Origin: Candidatus Limnocylindria bacterium
Lineage (GTDB): Bacteria; Chloroflexota; Limnocylindria; P2-11E
DNA: 64,000 nucleotides
NCBI GenBank assembly: GCA_036570125.1
Contig: DATCPK010000155.1
Span: 2,075 to 66,074, forward strand
Direction: 5' to 3'
Shown piece after piece: positions 7,768-16,806 of this stretch; positions within the stretch are counted from its first letter, which is position 1; the number at the start of each line of letters is the position of its first letter. The position numbers and the translations under genes are program-made. The notes beneath the pieces are model-generated. The model searched no databases and had not been told where the DNA came from. It saw only the letters and a list, made by a program, of their open reading frames with translations.

Positions 7768-9776
7768 TGATGGGTAGGCCGCAGGGTCGTGGTCCCGGAG
7801 GCCGGCCGCAGGCGGGCCAGCGTGGCGGACCCTTCATGGGCCTCAGCGCTCCGGTCGAACGCTCCAAGGATTTCCGCGGCACGCTCCGAAAGCTGCTCGC
7901 GCGCCTTCGTCCCGAACGAGCGGTCATCGCCCTCGTCGTCGTCCTGGGCTCGCTCAGCGTGGTCTTCAGCGTCGTCGGACCGAAGATCACGGGAAATGCC
8001 ATGAACATCATCTTCGATGGCGTCTTCGGCAAGACCCTGCCGGCCGGGATATCGAAGGAGCAGGCGGTCGAGCTCCTGCGGGGACAGGGCAAGGGCCAGA
8101 TCGCCGATGTTCTCGCCGCCACCAACGCGATCCCCGGGGTGGGCATCGACTTCACCGCGCTCGCACAAGTGCTGGCGCTCGCCGTGTTCGTCTACGTCCT
8201 CGCCTCGCTGCTCGCGTGGGCGCAGGCCTACATCATGGCCGGCGTCGCGCAGCGGACGGTGTACGGCCTGCGGCGAGAGGTCGAGGAGAAGCTCGCACGG
8301 CTGCCGCTCAGGTACTTCGACAGCCACGCGCACGGCGATCTTCTGAGCCGCGTGACGAACGACGTCGACAACATCGCGACGACTCTCCAGCAGGGCCTTT
8401 CCCAGCTGCTCACGTCGGCGCTCACCGTGATCGGCGTTCTTGCGATGATGCTGTGGATCAGTCCGCTGCTCGCGTTGATCTCGATCATCACCATCCCGCT
8501 GTCGTTCGCCGTCACGATCGTGATCGCAGGTCGCTCGCAGAAGGAGTTCATCGCCCAGTGGGCGGAGACCGGCGCGCTGAACGGGCACGTCGAGCAGATG
8601 CACAGCGGGCACGCGCTCGTTCAGGTGTTCGGCCGCCGCCAGAGTGCGATCCGACAGTTCAATGACCAGAACGAGCGGCTCTACCGAGCGAGCTTCAGAG
8701 CGCAGTTCCTGTCGGGGATCATCCAGCCGGCCATGCAGTTCCTCTCGAATCTGAACTACGTCGGCGTTGCCGTGATCGGCGGGTACCGCGTCGCCTCGGG
8801 GGCCATGAGCCTTGGTGACGTGACGGCGTTCATCGCGTATTCGCGGCAGTTCACGATGCCCCTTCTGCAGATCGCGGCGCAGATGAATCTTCTGCAGTCG
8901 GGCCTTGCGTCTGCGGAGCGCGTGTTCGAATTCCTGGGCGCCCCCGAAGAGACGCCCGACCGCGTCGGCGCCGCGGCGCCACGGACAACGAGCGGTCACG
9001 TCGAGTTCGACCGCGTCTCGTTCCGCTACCTGGCGGACAAGCCGCTCATCGAGGACTTCTCTCTCGACGTGCGCCCAGGAGAGACCGTCGCCATAGTCGG
9101 CCCCACCGGCGCGGGAAAGACCACCATCGTGAACCTGCTCATGCGCTTCTACGACATCGACGGTGGCGCGATCCGCCTCGACGGGACGGACACTCGCGAG
9201 CTGCCGCGCGACGCGGTCCGGCGAGCGGTCGGCATGGTGCTCCAGGACAGCTGGCTCTTTGCCGGCACGATCCGCGACAACATCGCCTACGGCAAGGAAG
9301 GCGCCTCGCTGGACGAGATCGTCGCCGCCGCGACCGCCGCGCACGTCGATCCCTTCGTGCGCACGCTTCCCGACGGCTACGACACGCTGCTCGAAGAAGA
9401 GGCGTCGAACATCTCGGCGGGCCAACGGCAGCTCGTCACGATCGCGCGCGCGTTCCTCGCCGATCCAAGCATCCTCATCCTCGATGAGGCGACGAGCAAC
9501 GTCGACACGCGCACCGAGGTGCTCATCCAGCAGGCGATGGCGCGGCTACGTCAGGGCCGGACCTCCTTCGTCATCGCGCACCGCCTTTCGACGATCCGAA
9601 ACGCGGACGAGATCGTCGTGATGGACGGCGGCCGGATCGTGGAGCTCGGCGATCACGCCGACCTCCTGCGCAAGAAGGGCTTCTATTACGGCCTCTATCA
9701 GAGCCAGTTCGCCGAGACCGTCGGTGTGGACGCGGCCAGCCGCGCGAAGCTCCCGATCCTCGAGCCAGCGGGCTAG
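7764..9776 (+). CDS. ABC transporter, fused permease/ATPase (partner half-transporter)
   Basis: 4-nt overlap with the upstream ABC gene. TM domain, then Walker A GPTGAGKTT, signature ISAGQRQLVTIARA and Walker B ILILDEATSNVD. Confidence 0.9.
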   Translation: MMMGRPQGRGPGGRPQAGQRGGPFMGLSAPVERSKDFRGTLRKLLARLRPERAVIALVVVLGSLSVVFSVVGPKITGNAMNIIFDGVFGKTLPAGISKEQAVELLRGQGKGQIADVLAATNAIPGVGIDFTALAQVLALAVFVYVLASLLAWAQAYIMAGVAQRTVYGLRREVEEKLARLPLRYFDSHAHGDLLSRVTNDVDNIATTLQQGLSQLLTSALTVIGVLAMMLWISPLLALISIITIPLSFAVTIVIAGRSQKEFIAQWAETGALNGHVEQMHSGHALVQVFGRRQSAIRQFNDQNERLYRASFRAQFLSGIIQPAMQFLSNLNYVGVAVIGGYRVASGAMSLGDVTAFIAYSRQFTMPLLQIAAQMNLLQSGLASAERVFEFLGAPEETPDRVGAAAPRTTSGHVEFDRVSFRYLADKPLIEDFSLDVRPGETVAIVGPTGAGKTTIVNLLMRFYDIDGGAIRLDGTDTRELPRDAVRRAVGMVLQDSWLFAGTIRDNIAYGKEGASLDEIVAAATAAHVDPFVRTLPDGYDTLLEEEASNISAGQRQLVTIARAFLADPSILILDEATSNVDTRTEVLIQQAMARLRQGRTSFVIAHRLSTIRNADEIVVMDGGRIVELGDHADLLRKKGFYYGLYQSQFAETVGVDAASRAKLPILEPAG

Positions 9777-10279
9777 CCTCTGCCGACGCGCCTCTTGATG
9801 GCGGCGTCCATCTCGCGCGTGGCCTCGCGTTCCTTGATCACCTGCCGCTTGTCGTATCGCTTGCGGCCGCGAGCGATGCCCAGCTCGATCTTCGCTCTGC
9901 CGTGCTTCACGTACATCCGCAACGGGACGAGCGTGTAGCCCTTCTGCGCGATCGTGCCGACCAGCTCGCCGATCTCCAGCTTGTGGAGCAGGAGCTTGCG
10001 CGGGCGCAGAGGATCGTGGTTGTCGTGCGCTGAGTTCGCCCACGGCGCGATGTGGACGTTGCGCAGCCACACCTCGCCCTTCTCGACGCGCGCGTATCCG
10101 TCGCGCAGGTTGGCGTGCCCCGCGCGAAGCGATTTGATCTCGGTACCGCGCAGCGCGATGCCGGCTTCGAGTCGCCGCTCGATCTGATAGTCGAAGTGGG
10201 CCTTGCGGTTCTCGGCGAGCTGGACCTGCCGTTCGGGCTCAGCGGGCGCGGCTGTCTTTTCGGGCTTTCGGGAGGGCAT
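9773..10279 (-). CDS. smpB: SsrA-binding protein SmpB
   Basis: KAHFDYQIERRLEAGIALRGTEIKSLRAG ... VHIAPW ... HDPLRPRKLLLHKLEI ... YVKHGRAKIELGIARGRKRYDKR is canonical SmpB. Confidence 0.93.
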   Translation of the reverse strand: MPSRKPEKTAAPAEPERQVQLAENRKAHFDYQIERRLEAGIALRGTEIKSLRAGHANLRDGYARVEKGEVWLRNVHIAPWANSAHDNHDPLRPRKLLLHKLEIGELVGTIAQKGYTLVPLRMYVKHGRAKIELGIARGRKRYDKRQVIKEREATREMDAAIKRRVGRG

Positions 10280-10296
10280 GGCAGGAGATTAGGCCG

Positions 10297-10333
10297 TGAA
10301 AACGAAGAGCGGCGACATCTCTGCCGCCGCTCT
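10297..10333 (-). terminator. Intrinsic terminator (minus strand) 16 nt upstream of the smpB start codon
   Basis: The minus strand reads AGAGCGGCGGCA-GAGA-TGTCGCCGCTCT (11 bp and one mismatch) followed by TCGTTTTCAC. Confidence 0.55.
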
Positions 10334-10363
10334 CCTTTGCCGGGTCACCAAAGACCCAGTGAG

Positions 10364-10450
10364 TTAGTGCGCGTTCACCTCAGATCGATTCATTACGAAA
10401 GGCTGAAGTGAGCTCACATGGGTCTTTGGATTCCCACTGGCATCGCCCAC
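10364..10450 (-). CDS. Candidate 28-codon micro-ORF (MGDASGNPKTHVSSLQPFVMNRSEVNAH, GTG start)
   Basis: GGAGG at 10464..10460 lies 9 nt before GTG 10450. The stop TAA is at 10366..10364. Alternative short frames start at 10457 (25 codons) and 10455 (13 codons). I recognise no homology. Confidence 0.2.
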   Translation of the reverse strand: MGDASGNPKTHVSSLQPFVMNRSEVNAH

Positions 10451-10580
10451 TCCACATCACCTCCTTTCTTTCGGAAATGATGCTCACATGCCGCCCTTAA
10501 ACCGTCAATGTCGCAGCGGATTCACTGGAGAACGGCGCGTGTGTGTCTGGGTGCGGACCTCGCGCTAGCGAAGAGTGGCG

Positions 10581-10609
10581 CCCGTAATCCGTCTGCGGCG
10601 GATTACGGG
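10581..10609 (-). terminator. Perfect 11-bp hairpin overlapping the stop codon of the M23 peptidase gene
   Basis: CCCGTAATCCG-N7-CGGATTACGGG. There is no U tract, so termination is only plausible. Confidence 0.4.
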
Positions 10610-11925
10610 AGATAGCCCATTGGGTTGACTGCGCGGCCGTTCACGATCGTCATGAAGTGAAGGTGTGGGCCCGTCGTCCAGCCGGTCATCCCGACGTACG
10701 CGATGATCTGGCCGGCCGACACGGTCTGCCCGACGGTCACGATCGGCCAGTGCAGGTCGTCGAGGTGCCCGTAGAGCGTCGAGAAGTTGAAGCCGTGGGC
10801 GATGATCACGACGACCGCCGTGTCACCGTACGCGAGGTACGGGCGGCCGACCGTCACGACCTTCCCGGCCGACGCGGCCCGGATCGGGGTGTACTTCGGT
10901 GCCGCGATGTCGATGCCGTTGTGGAAACCGCCCCACCGCGCGCCGAAGCCCGAGGTGATCGGTCCGCGGAGCGGCCACATCGAGAGCGTGGTCCCGTTGA
11001 ACGCGCCGAGCCCGCTGCCGCCGGCGGCCTGCGCCGCAAGGGCCTCGTATTGCGCCTCGGCCTCGTCGAGCTGCCGCGTCAGAGTCGCGGTGGTCTGATT
11101 GGTCTGGCTCACCTGGCCCTGCGCCGATTGCCGCTGCTGCGCCGCGACCTGCGCTGACGCCGCCTCCGCGTCGATGGCGGTCTGCGCCTCGGCGACGAGC
11201 TTGTCGTACTTCGTCTTCGCGGTCGCGAGCTGTGAGCGCTGGGTCGTGATCTGGTCGGCGAGGCCGAGGATCTCCTTCTCTTTGGTGGAGGCCTGATCCT
11301 GCTTGTCCTGCGTGTCGGCCCGGAGCGTGCGGATCTCGTTCGCGAGCTGCACGTCCTGCCGGTTGATGACGATCATCGCCTGCAGGCGATTCGCGAACTC
11401 GGTGAGCGACGAGGATGAGAGAAGCATCTCGAGGGGGCTGACGAGTGCCTGGCGGTAGGTCGTGCGCAGGTGGCGTGCGTAGATGTCTTCCTGCGACGCG
11501 AGCTGCTTCGTCTCCTCGGTGGCCTCGGCCGTCAGCGAGTCCGAGAGCGCCTTCGTCTCGTCCAGCTGGAACGTGACGAGCGCGAGCTGCTCCTCGGCGA
11601 TCTGGATCTGGTAGAAGAGCTGGTCGGCTTCGGACTGCGCGTTCGCCTGTTTCTCGGCGAGGTCCGAGATCCGAGCGTTGGTCTGGTTCACGACCGCCTG
11701 GAACTGGTTGGCGACGGCCTGGTACCGCTCGGCGTTCGCGCGGGAGATCTGGACGGCGCGCTCGAGCTCTTCCTTGCGCTTCAGCGCGGCCGTGATGGGA
11801 TCGTCGGCAAAAGCAGGCTGCGCGAAGGAAGCGAGGACCGCGCCGACAACGAACGCGACCGTAGTCGCGCGCGCGGCGCGCATCCTCCAAACCCCACCTC
11901 CCCGAGCGATCCGGGGAGTTCCCAT
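10603..11925 (-). CDS. Coiled-coil M23 (LytM) peptidase, EnvC/RipC-like partner of FtsEX
   Basis: Signal/TM MRAARATTVAFVVGAVLASFAQPAFA, about 300 aa of Q/A/E-rich coiled coil, and a C-terminal M23 domain (HNGIDIAAP ... YGHLDD ... GWTTGPHLHF). Start taken at ATG 11925 (alternative 11883). The longest ORF to 12216 would run over ftsX. Confidence 0.85.
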   Translation of the reverse strand: MGTPRIARGGGVWRMRAARATTVAFVVGAVLASFAQPAFADDPITAALKRKEELERAVQISRANAERYQAVANQFQAVVNQTNARISDLAEKQANAQSEADQLFYQIQIAEEQLALVTFQLDETKALSDSLTAEATEETKQLASQEDIYARHLRTTYRQALVSPLEMLLSSSSLTEFANRLQAMIVINRQDVQLANEIRTLRADTQDKQDQASTKEKEILGLADQITTQRSQLATAKTKYDKLVAEAQTAIDAEAASAQVAAQQRQSAQGQVSQTNQTTATLTRQLDEAEAQYEALAAQAAGGSGLGAFNGTTLSMWPLRGPITSGFGARWGGFHNGIDIAAPKYTPIRAASAGKVVTVGRPYLAYGDTAVVVIIAHGFNFSTLYGHLDDLHWPIVTVGQTVSAGQIIAYVGMTGWTTGPHLHFMTIVNGRAVNPMGYLP

Positions 11926-11978
11926 GCGTGACGCATCGTCGCACCGCTCGGAGGTCGGGGTCAAGGCTCTTCCGAGTC

Positions 11979-12869
11979 TCATTTGGCGAGGTGCGTCCGC
12001 ACCGACAGCATTGCCCCGCCGCCGCCGACGAGGAGGGCGAGGGCGAAGACGCTCCCGACGAGCTGCCAGACGAAGGTCGTTCCGAACGAGAGCGGAAGGA
12101 TCTCGATGAAGTTGACCATCGCTCCCATCACCGGTCCGGCTGCCACGAGAACGACGGCGGTCGCGGCAACGGCGCCGAGGGCGCCGACGAGCATTCCCTC
12201 GAGGATGAAGGGCCACCGCACGAACCAGTCGGTGGCGCCGACGAGCTTCATGATCTCGATCTCGTCGCGCCGAGCGTGGACCGCGATGCGGATGGTGTTC
12301 ACGATCACGAAGAGCGCGACGATGAGCATCATCGCGAGCACGGCGAGCCCGCCGACCGAGAGGACCCGCGTGATCGTCAGGAGCTTGTCGACGACCTGGG
12401 GGTTGTCCACGACGTCGCTGACGACGCCCTTCCCTATCTCCTCGCGGAGGGAGGCGGCGACCCGCTGCGCGTCCTGGGCGTGTGCCAGCTTGATCTCGAG
12501 CGAATCCTGGAGCGGGTTCGACGACGTGTCGACGATCTGGATGTCCGGTCGCTTCGCGGCGATGTCGACGAGGCGGGCCATCGCCTGATCCTTGGTGACG
12601 TAGTCGACCCGCGAAACCGCCGGGTCAGCCTCGATGTGTGCACGGAGGGCGAGGACATCCGAAACGCGGGCGTTGTCCTCGACGAAGATGGCCAGCTCGA
12701 CCTTCGACTCGAGGACGCCGACGGCCGCCTGGAGGCCGCGGTCAGTCGCGAGGAAGAACGCGAACAGCAGGAGCATCAGGCCGATCGTGAACGTCGACGC
12801 GATGCTCATGACGGGGTTCCGCCAGAAGCCCTGCGCGGCTGTCGTGCCGATGTATTCGAGCCGCCTCAT
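11979..12869 (-). CDS. ftsX: Cell division permease-like protein FtsX
   Basis: 296 aa with TM1, a large extracytoplasmic loop and three C-terminal TMs. 4-nt overlap with ftsE upstream. Confidence 0.9.
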   Translation of the reverse strand: MRRLEYIGTTAAQGFWRNPVMSIASTFTIGLMLLLFAFFLATDRGLQAAVGVLESKVELAIFVEDNARVSDVLALRAHIEADPAVSRVDYVTKDQAMARLVDIAAKRPDIQIVDTSSNPLQDSLEIKLAHAQDAQRVAASLREEIGKGVVSDVVDNPQVVDKLLTITRVLSVGGLAVLAMMLIVALFVIVNTIRIAVHARRDEIEIMKLVGATDWFVRWPFILEGMLVGALGAVAATAVVLVAAGPVMGAMVNFIEILPLSFGTTFVWQLVGSVFALALLVGGGGAMLSVRTHLAK

Positions 12870-13576
12870 GCCGCGTACTGGCCCTCGCGCTCGTCGCGCA
12901 CGATCGTCCCGTGATCGAGGTGGACGACCCGCCGGCGGAGCGCGTTGACGATCTCGGCGTTGTGGGTCGCCATGAGCATCGTGGTCCCGAGCTCGTTGAC
13001 CCGAACGAGGAGCTTGATGATCTCCCAGCTCGTGACCGGGTCGAGGTTTCCGGTCGGCTCGTCGGCGATGAGGATCTTCGGCCGGCTCACCAGCGCTCGC
13101 GCGATCGCGGTGCGCTGCTTCTCACCACCCGAGAGCTGATCCGGGAAGTGTTCGCGGCGCTGTGAAAGTCCGACGAGCGCGAGCGCGCGCTCGGTCTCCT
13201 CGCGCACCTCTTCGCCGGAGTGGCCGGTGACGAGCAGCGCGAAGCCGACATTCTCCGCGACGGTCTTCCGCGGGAGGAGCTTGAAGTCCTGGAACACGAC
13301 GCCGACGCGGCGGCGCAGCTTCGGCACGGCCGATCGGCGCATGCGGACGACGTCCTGACCGTCGACCCATACGCGTCCGGAGGACGGCAGCTCTTCGCGA
13401 ATGAGGAGACGGATGAGGCTGGACTTCCCGGCACCCGAGGAGCCAACGAGGAACACGAAGTCCCCCGAGTCGATCTCGAGGTCGACATCGCGGAGGGCGT
13501 CGGTGCCGTTCGGATATCGCTTGCTGACGTCGTCGAGCGTGATCAGTTCGTTGCCCCTCCCAAGGAGCGCCACCAT
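12866..13576 (-). CDS. ftsE: Cell division ATP-binding protein FtsE
   Basis: Walker A GSSGAGKSS, signature LSGGEKQRTAIARA, Walker B ILIADEPTGNLD. Confidence 0.92.
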   Translation of the reverse strand: MVALLGRGNELITLDDVSKRYPNGTDALRDVDLEIDSGDFVFLVGSSGAGKSSLIRLLIREELPSSGRVWVDGQDVVRMRRSAVPKLRRRVGVVFQDFKLLPRKTVAENVGFALLVTGHSGEEVREETERALALVGLSQRREHFPDQLSGGEKQRTAIARALVSRPKILIADEPTGNLDPVTSWEIIKLLVRVNELGTTMLMATHNAEIVNALRRRVVHLDHGTIVRDEREGQYAA

Positions 13577-13708
13577 ACCGGTGCGTTCTCTTGGAACAAC
13601 GTCAAATCGGTCGAAGAAAGTACCGTTGGGGTTTCTTTGCTACGCACCCCTGACAAGCATGCGCCGCGATTGCAACCCGCCTGGCTGCGTCTCGGCAGCC
13701 TGCGGCGT

Positions 13709-16693
13709 TCAGCGGGGCAGGTCGAGCTGCGTCTGGGCCGGACGGGTCATGGTGAAAGTCGCTATTGACGCGATCTTCGTTTCTCCTACCGCCATGACCT
13801 TCACCCCCATCGTCGCGCGGCCCAGAGCGCGCACCTGCTCGAGCGGGGTGCGGATCACGACACCGTTCGAGGTAATGAGAAGGATCTCCTGGGTGCCCTC
13901 GTCGACCATCTGGATCGCCGCGACATTCCCGGTCTTCGGCGACAGCGCCGCGAGGATCACTCCCTGACCGCCGCGGCCCTGCGTCGGGAACTCCGCGACC
14001 GCGGTCCGCTTGCCGAATCCGTTCTCGGTTACGGAGAGCGCCTCAGTGCGAGGCCGGGCGATGCCCATGCCGACGACCTCGTCGCCCTTCTGAAGCCGGA
14101 TCCCGGTGACGCCCTGCGTCTGCCGACCCATCGGCCGCGCGTCGGTGGCCTTGAAGGTGATCGCCTTGCCCTTGCGGGTGGCGAGGAGGATGCGGTCCTG
14201 CGACGTGCACGGCGCGACCCACGCGAGCTGGTCGCCCTTGCGCAAGGCGATCGCGATGAGTCCGGCGCGGCGGACGTTCGCGTATTCGGAGAGGGGCGTC
14301 TTCTTGATGAAGCCTTTCCGCGTCGCCATCACGAGGTGCTCGGCCGAGCTCGTGTCGCGAAGAGCCACGAGTGCGGAGACGCGCTCTCCGGCCTGCATCG
14401 CCTCGAGGATGTTCTGGATCGGCGTCCCCTTCGCGGTCCTGCTCGCGTCCGGTAGCTCGAAGACCTTCAGCGCGAAGACGCGGCCGCGGTCGGTGAAGAC
14501 GTACAGGCGATCGTGGGTCCGGGCGACGACCAGGTAGTCGACGTCGTCCTCGTCGCGCGTGCCCATCCCGATCACACCGCGGCCCCCGCGGTGCTGGGCG
14601 CGATACGTCGAAAGCGGCATCCGCTTCACGTAGTTCCGGCTCGATACGGTGATGACGACGTCTTCGTCGGCGACGAGCTCCTCCGCGGAGAGCTGCCGCG
14701 GTGTGTCGTCGACGACCTCGGTCCGGCGATCGTCGCCGAATTTCGTGGCGATCTCGTCGAGGTCCTGCTTGATGAGGGCGAGGATCCGCCGGGGGCTCCC
14801 GAGGATCGACTCGAGCTCGGAGATCAGCTTGATCGTTTCGCGGTAATCGTCGTCGAGCTTCTGGCGCTCCAGTCCGGAGAGGCGACGGAGCTGCATGTCG
14901 AGGATCGCCTTGGCCTGCAGCTCGGTGAGCCCGAACCCATCGCGCAGCTTGCCGACGAGGAGGACCTCCTGGCCCTTGTGCGCGCGGATGAGCTTGATGA
15001 TCTCGTCGATGTGATCGTGCGCGATCTTCAGGCCCTCGAGGATGTGCGCGCGCTCCTTCGCCTTGCGCAGGTCGTGGTCGGTCCGCCGCCGGATGACCTC
15101 GCGCCGGTGATCGATGTGGTGCTGAAGGATCTCCTTGAGCGACAGCGTCCGTGGCTGCTGGTCGACGAGCGCGAGCATGTTGAAGTTGAATGCCGACTGC
15201 ATAGCGGTGTGCTTGTAGAGGTTGTTCAGAACGAGGGTCTTGTCGTCGTCGCGCTTGATCTCGATGACGATGCGCATGCCCTCGCGGTCGCTCTCGTCGC
15301 GAATGTCGGAGATGCCCGCGAGCTTCTTGTTCTGAACGAGATCGGCGATCTTCTCGATGAGTGATGCCTTGTTCACCGCGTACGGCAGCTCGGTCACGAT
15401 GATCGCGTCGCGGTTGCCACGCAGCTGCTCGTTGTGCGCCTTTGCCCGCGCGATGATCCGACCGCGGCCTTGCGCATAGGCCCGGCGGATCGCGTCGACT
15501 CGCTCCGCCGCGCCCGTTTCGACGTTGCGTTGCTCGTCGAACCGGTAGATGACGGCGCCACCGGGGAAATCGGGTCCGACCACGGTCTCGCAGAGGTCGT
15601 CCGTCGTCAGCTCGGGATCGTCGATGAGGCGCTTCGTGGCGGCGACGATCTCGCGCAGGTTATGTGGCGGGATGTTGGTCGCCATGCCCACCGCGATGCC
15701 GGCGGACCCATTCACGATGAGATTCGGAACGCGCGCGGGCAGCACGGTGGGCTGTTGATGCCGGTTGTCGTAGTTCGGCATCCAGTCGACCGTTTCCTTC
15801 TCGATGTCGGCGAGCATCTCGGTCGAGATCGCGGCGAGGCGAGCCTCGGTGTAGCGCATGTGGGCCGGCGGGTCGTCGTCGATCGAGTTGTGGACGAAGA
15901 CGCCGGCGGCGAGCGCGAAGTTCTGCGTCAGGTCGACGGTCAGGTCGTAGACGTCCGCGCGCCCCGCGGGCTCGACCTTGCTGACCTTCTGGGTCAGGCT
16001 GGCCGGGATCGGGAACGCGCCCGTGCGGTGCAGCCGCTCGGGTATCGCGGTCCGCGAGAACGGCATGAGCTGGTCCTTCGCTTTGAGTTGCTGCGCCTCG
16101 CGGTAGGTGCCATCGCGGAGCATGAACCGGTGATCCGGCGTGCACACGATCTCCGCACCTGACTCGAGGGTGACCTTTACGACCGGGTCGTTGCGGCGCA
16201 CGAGACGAGGCGCGCGAAGCGGCTTGATGCGCACATTGCGGTGCGGATCGACGGTGAAGATCTCGGCGCGCAGGCCCTTGTGCGCCATCTCGACGAGCTC
16301 GGTGAACGGCTTCTGATCGCCGTTGTAGAGCTCGACCTTCGTCTCGCCGGTGAAGCACCCGAAGTTCCCCTGGCCCTGGACGAGCGGATATCGCGCAGCG
16401 AAGTCCTGCGCGAGCCGGACGAGAGCGTCGTAGATCGGAACATCGCCGTGCGGGTGGTACTTCGCCATGACCACGCCGACGACGTTCGCCGACTTACGGA
16501 ACGGGCGATCGTTCCGCAGGCCTTCTTCCAACATCGTGAACAGGATCCGGCGCTGCACCGGCTTGAGGCCGTCGCGAACATCGGGAAGCGCGCGCGAAAC
16601 GATGACGCTCATCGAGTAGTCGAGATATGCCTGACGCATCTCGTGCTCGAGTTCGACGGCGATCACGCGGTCGTTCGTTGGTTCTTCGATCAC
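13709..16693 (-). CDS. gyrA: DNA gyrase subunit A, interrupted in frame by a mini-intein (994 aa precursor, 837 aa after splicing)
   Basis: [33 protein letters not shown] | intein | [17 protein letters not shown] (active-site Tyr), and C-terminal beta-pinwheel repeats. GTG start at 16693. Confidence 0.95.
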   Translation of the reverse strand: MIEEPTNDRVIAVELEHEMRQAYLDYSMSVIVSRALPDVRDGLKPVQRRILFTMLEEGLRNDRPFRKSANVVGVVMAKYHPHGDVPIYDALVRLAQDFAARYPLVQGQGNFGCFTGETKVELYNGDQKPFTELVEMAHKGLRAEIFTVDPHRNVRIKPLRAPRLVRRNDPVVKVTLESGAEIVCTPDHRFMLRDGTYREAQQLKAKDQLMPFSRTAIPERLHRTGAFPIPASLTQKVSKVEPAGRADVYDLTVDLTQNFALAAGVFVHNSIDDDPPAHMRYTEARLAAISTEMLADIEKETVDWMPNYDNRHQQPTVLPARVPNLIVNGSAGIAVGMATNIPPHNLREIVAATKRLIDDPELTTDDLCETVVGPDFPGGAVIYRFDEQRNVETGAAERVDAIRRAYAQGRGRIIARAKAHNEQLRGNRDAIIVTELPYAVNKASLIEKIADLVQNKKLAGISDIRDESDREGMRIVIEIKRDDDKTLVLNNLYKHTAMQSAFNFNMLALVDQQPRTLSLKEILQHHIDHRREVIRRRTDHDLRKAKERAHILEGLKIAHDHIDEIIKLIRAHKGQEVLLVGKLRDGFGLTELQAKAILDMQLRRLSGLERQKLDDDYRETIKLISELESILGSPRRILALIKQDLDEIATKFGDDRRTEVVDDTPRQLSAEELVADEDVVITVSSRNYVKRMPLSTYRAQHRGGRGVIGMGTRDEDDVDYLVVARTHDRLYVFTDRGRVFALKVFELPDASRTAKGTPIQNILEAMQAGERVSALVALRDTSSAEHLVMATRKGFIKKTPLSEYANVRRAGLIAIALRKGDQLAWVAPCTSQDRILLATRKGKAITFKATDARPMGRQTQGVTGIRLQKGDEVVGMGIARPRTEALSVTENGFGKRTAVAEFPTQGRGGQGVILAALSPKTGNVAAIQMVDEGTQEILLITSNGVVIRTPLEQVRALGRATMGVKVMAVGETKIASIATFTMTRPAQTQLDLPR
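15887..16357 (-). mobile_element. Mini-intein (157 aa, no homing-endonuclease domain) inside gyrA
   Basis: Cys1 ([10 protein letters not shown]), block B TxxH (VCTPDHRF), block F/G (ADVYDLTV ... [12 protein letters not shown]) and a +1 Ser. The extein junction GNFG/SIDDD reconstitutes the conserved GyrA motif GNFGSIDGD. Confidence 0.85.
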
Positions 16694-16699
16694 TTCGTT

Positions 16700-16719
16700 A
16701 CCTGCTCAATCTCTCGGCT
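16700..16719 (+). repeat. Intergenic motif B copy 1 (ACCTGCTCAATCTCTCGGCT), directly upstream of the gyrA start
   Basis: The exact 14-mer TCAATCTCTCGGCT recurs in reverse complement at 35691..35704. 19 of 20 positions match over the extended word. Confidence 0.5.
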
Positions 16720-16750
16720 GCGCCTCGCGACACGCTCAATGTTGGTCGTC

Positions 16751-16780
16751 TTGCTCCTCGCGAGTCATTCGCTCGTCGCT
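16751..16780 (+). repeat. Intergenic motif A copy 2 (TTGCTCCTCGCGAGTCATTCGCTCGTCGCT) in the gyrA leader
   Basis: Shares the exact 13-mer GCTCCTCGCGAGT with 1292..1304, plus similar flanks. Confidence 0.5.
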
Positions 16781-16806
16781 TGTCTCGTTTGGTCGTTTTC
16801 ACTCTT

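Larger units (their letters stand above)
10297..10478 (-). ncRNA. Candidate small transcript (sRNA or leader) between the M23 peptidase gene and smpB
   Basis: This is a low-GC island in a GC-rich genome. On the minus strand: TTGACG (10508..10503), 17 nt, GAGCAT (10485..10480), then AAAGGAGGTGAT, an 82-nt imperfect hairpin (10348..10429) and the U-tailed terminator. I recognised no known RNA family signature. Confidence 0.35.

Noticed and set aside
6274-9425. Long minus-strand ORFs (473, 314 and 637 aa) antisense to the two ABC transporter genes
   Set aside because: These are shadow ORFs. The sense frames carry complete Walker A, signature and Walker B motifs, and the antisense frames carry none.
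1714-9772. Possible genomic island or prophage integrated at the tmRNA 3' end
   Set aside because: I saw no integrase, recombinase or phage genes, no duplicated tmRNA 3' segment at the far end, and no obvious compositional break. It is kept only as a low-interest synteny note.
10297-10602. 6S RNA, RNase P RNA or SRP RNA in the low-GC spacer upstream of smpB
   Set aside because: The RNase P hallmark GAGGAAAGTCC, the SRP domain-IV sequence GGAAGCAGCC, and a 6S-like central bubble flanked by long closing stems are all absent on both strands. The region is treated as an unclassified element.
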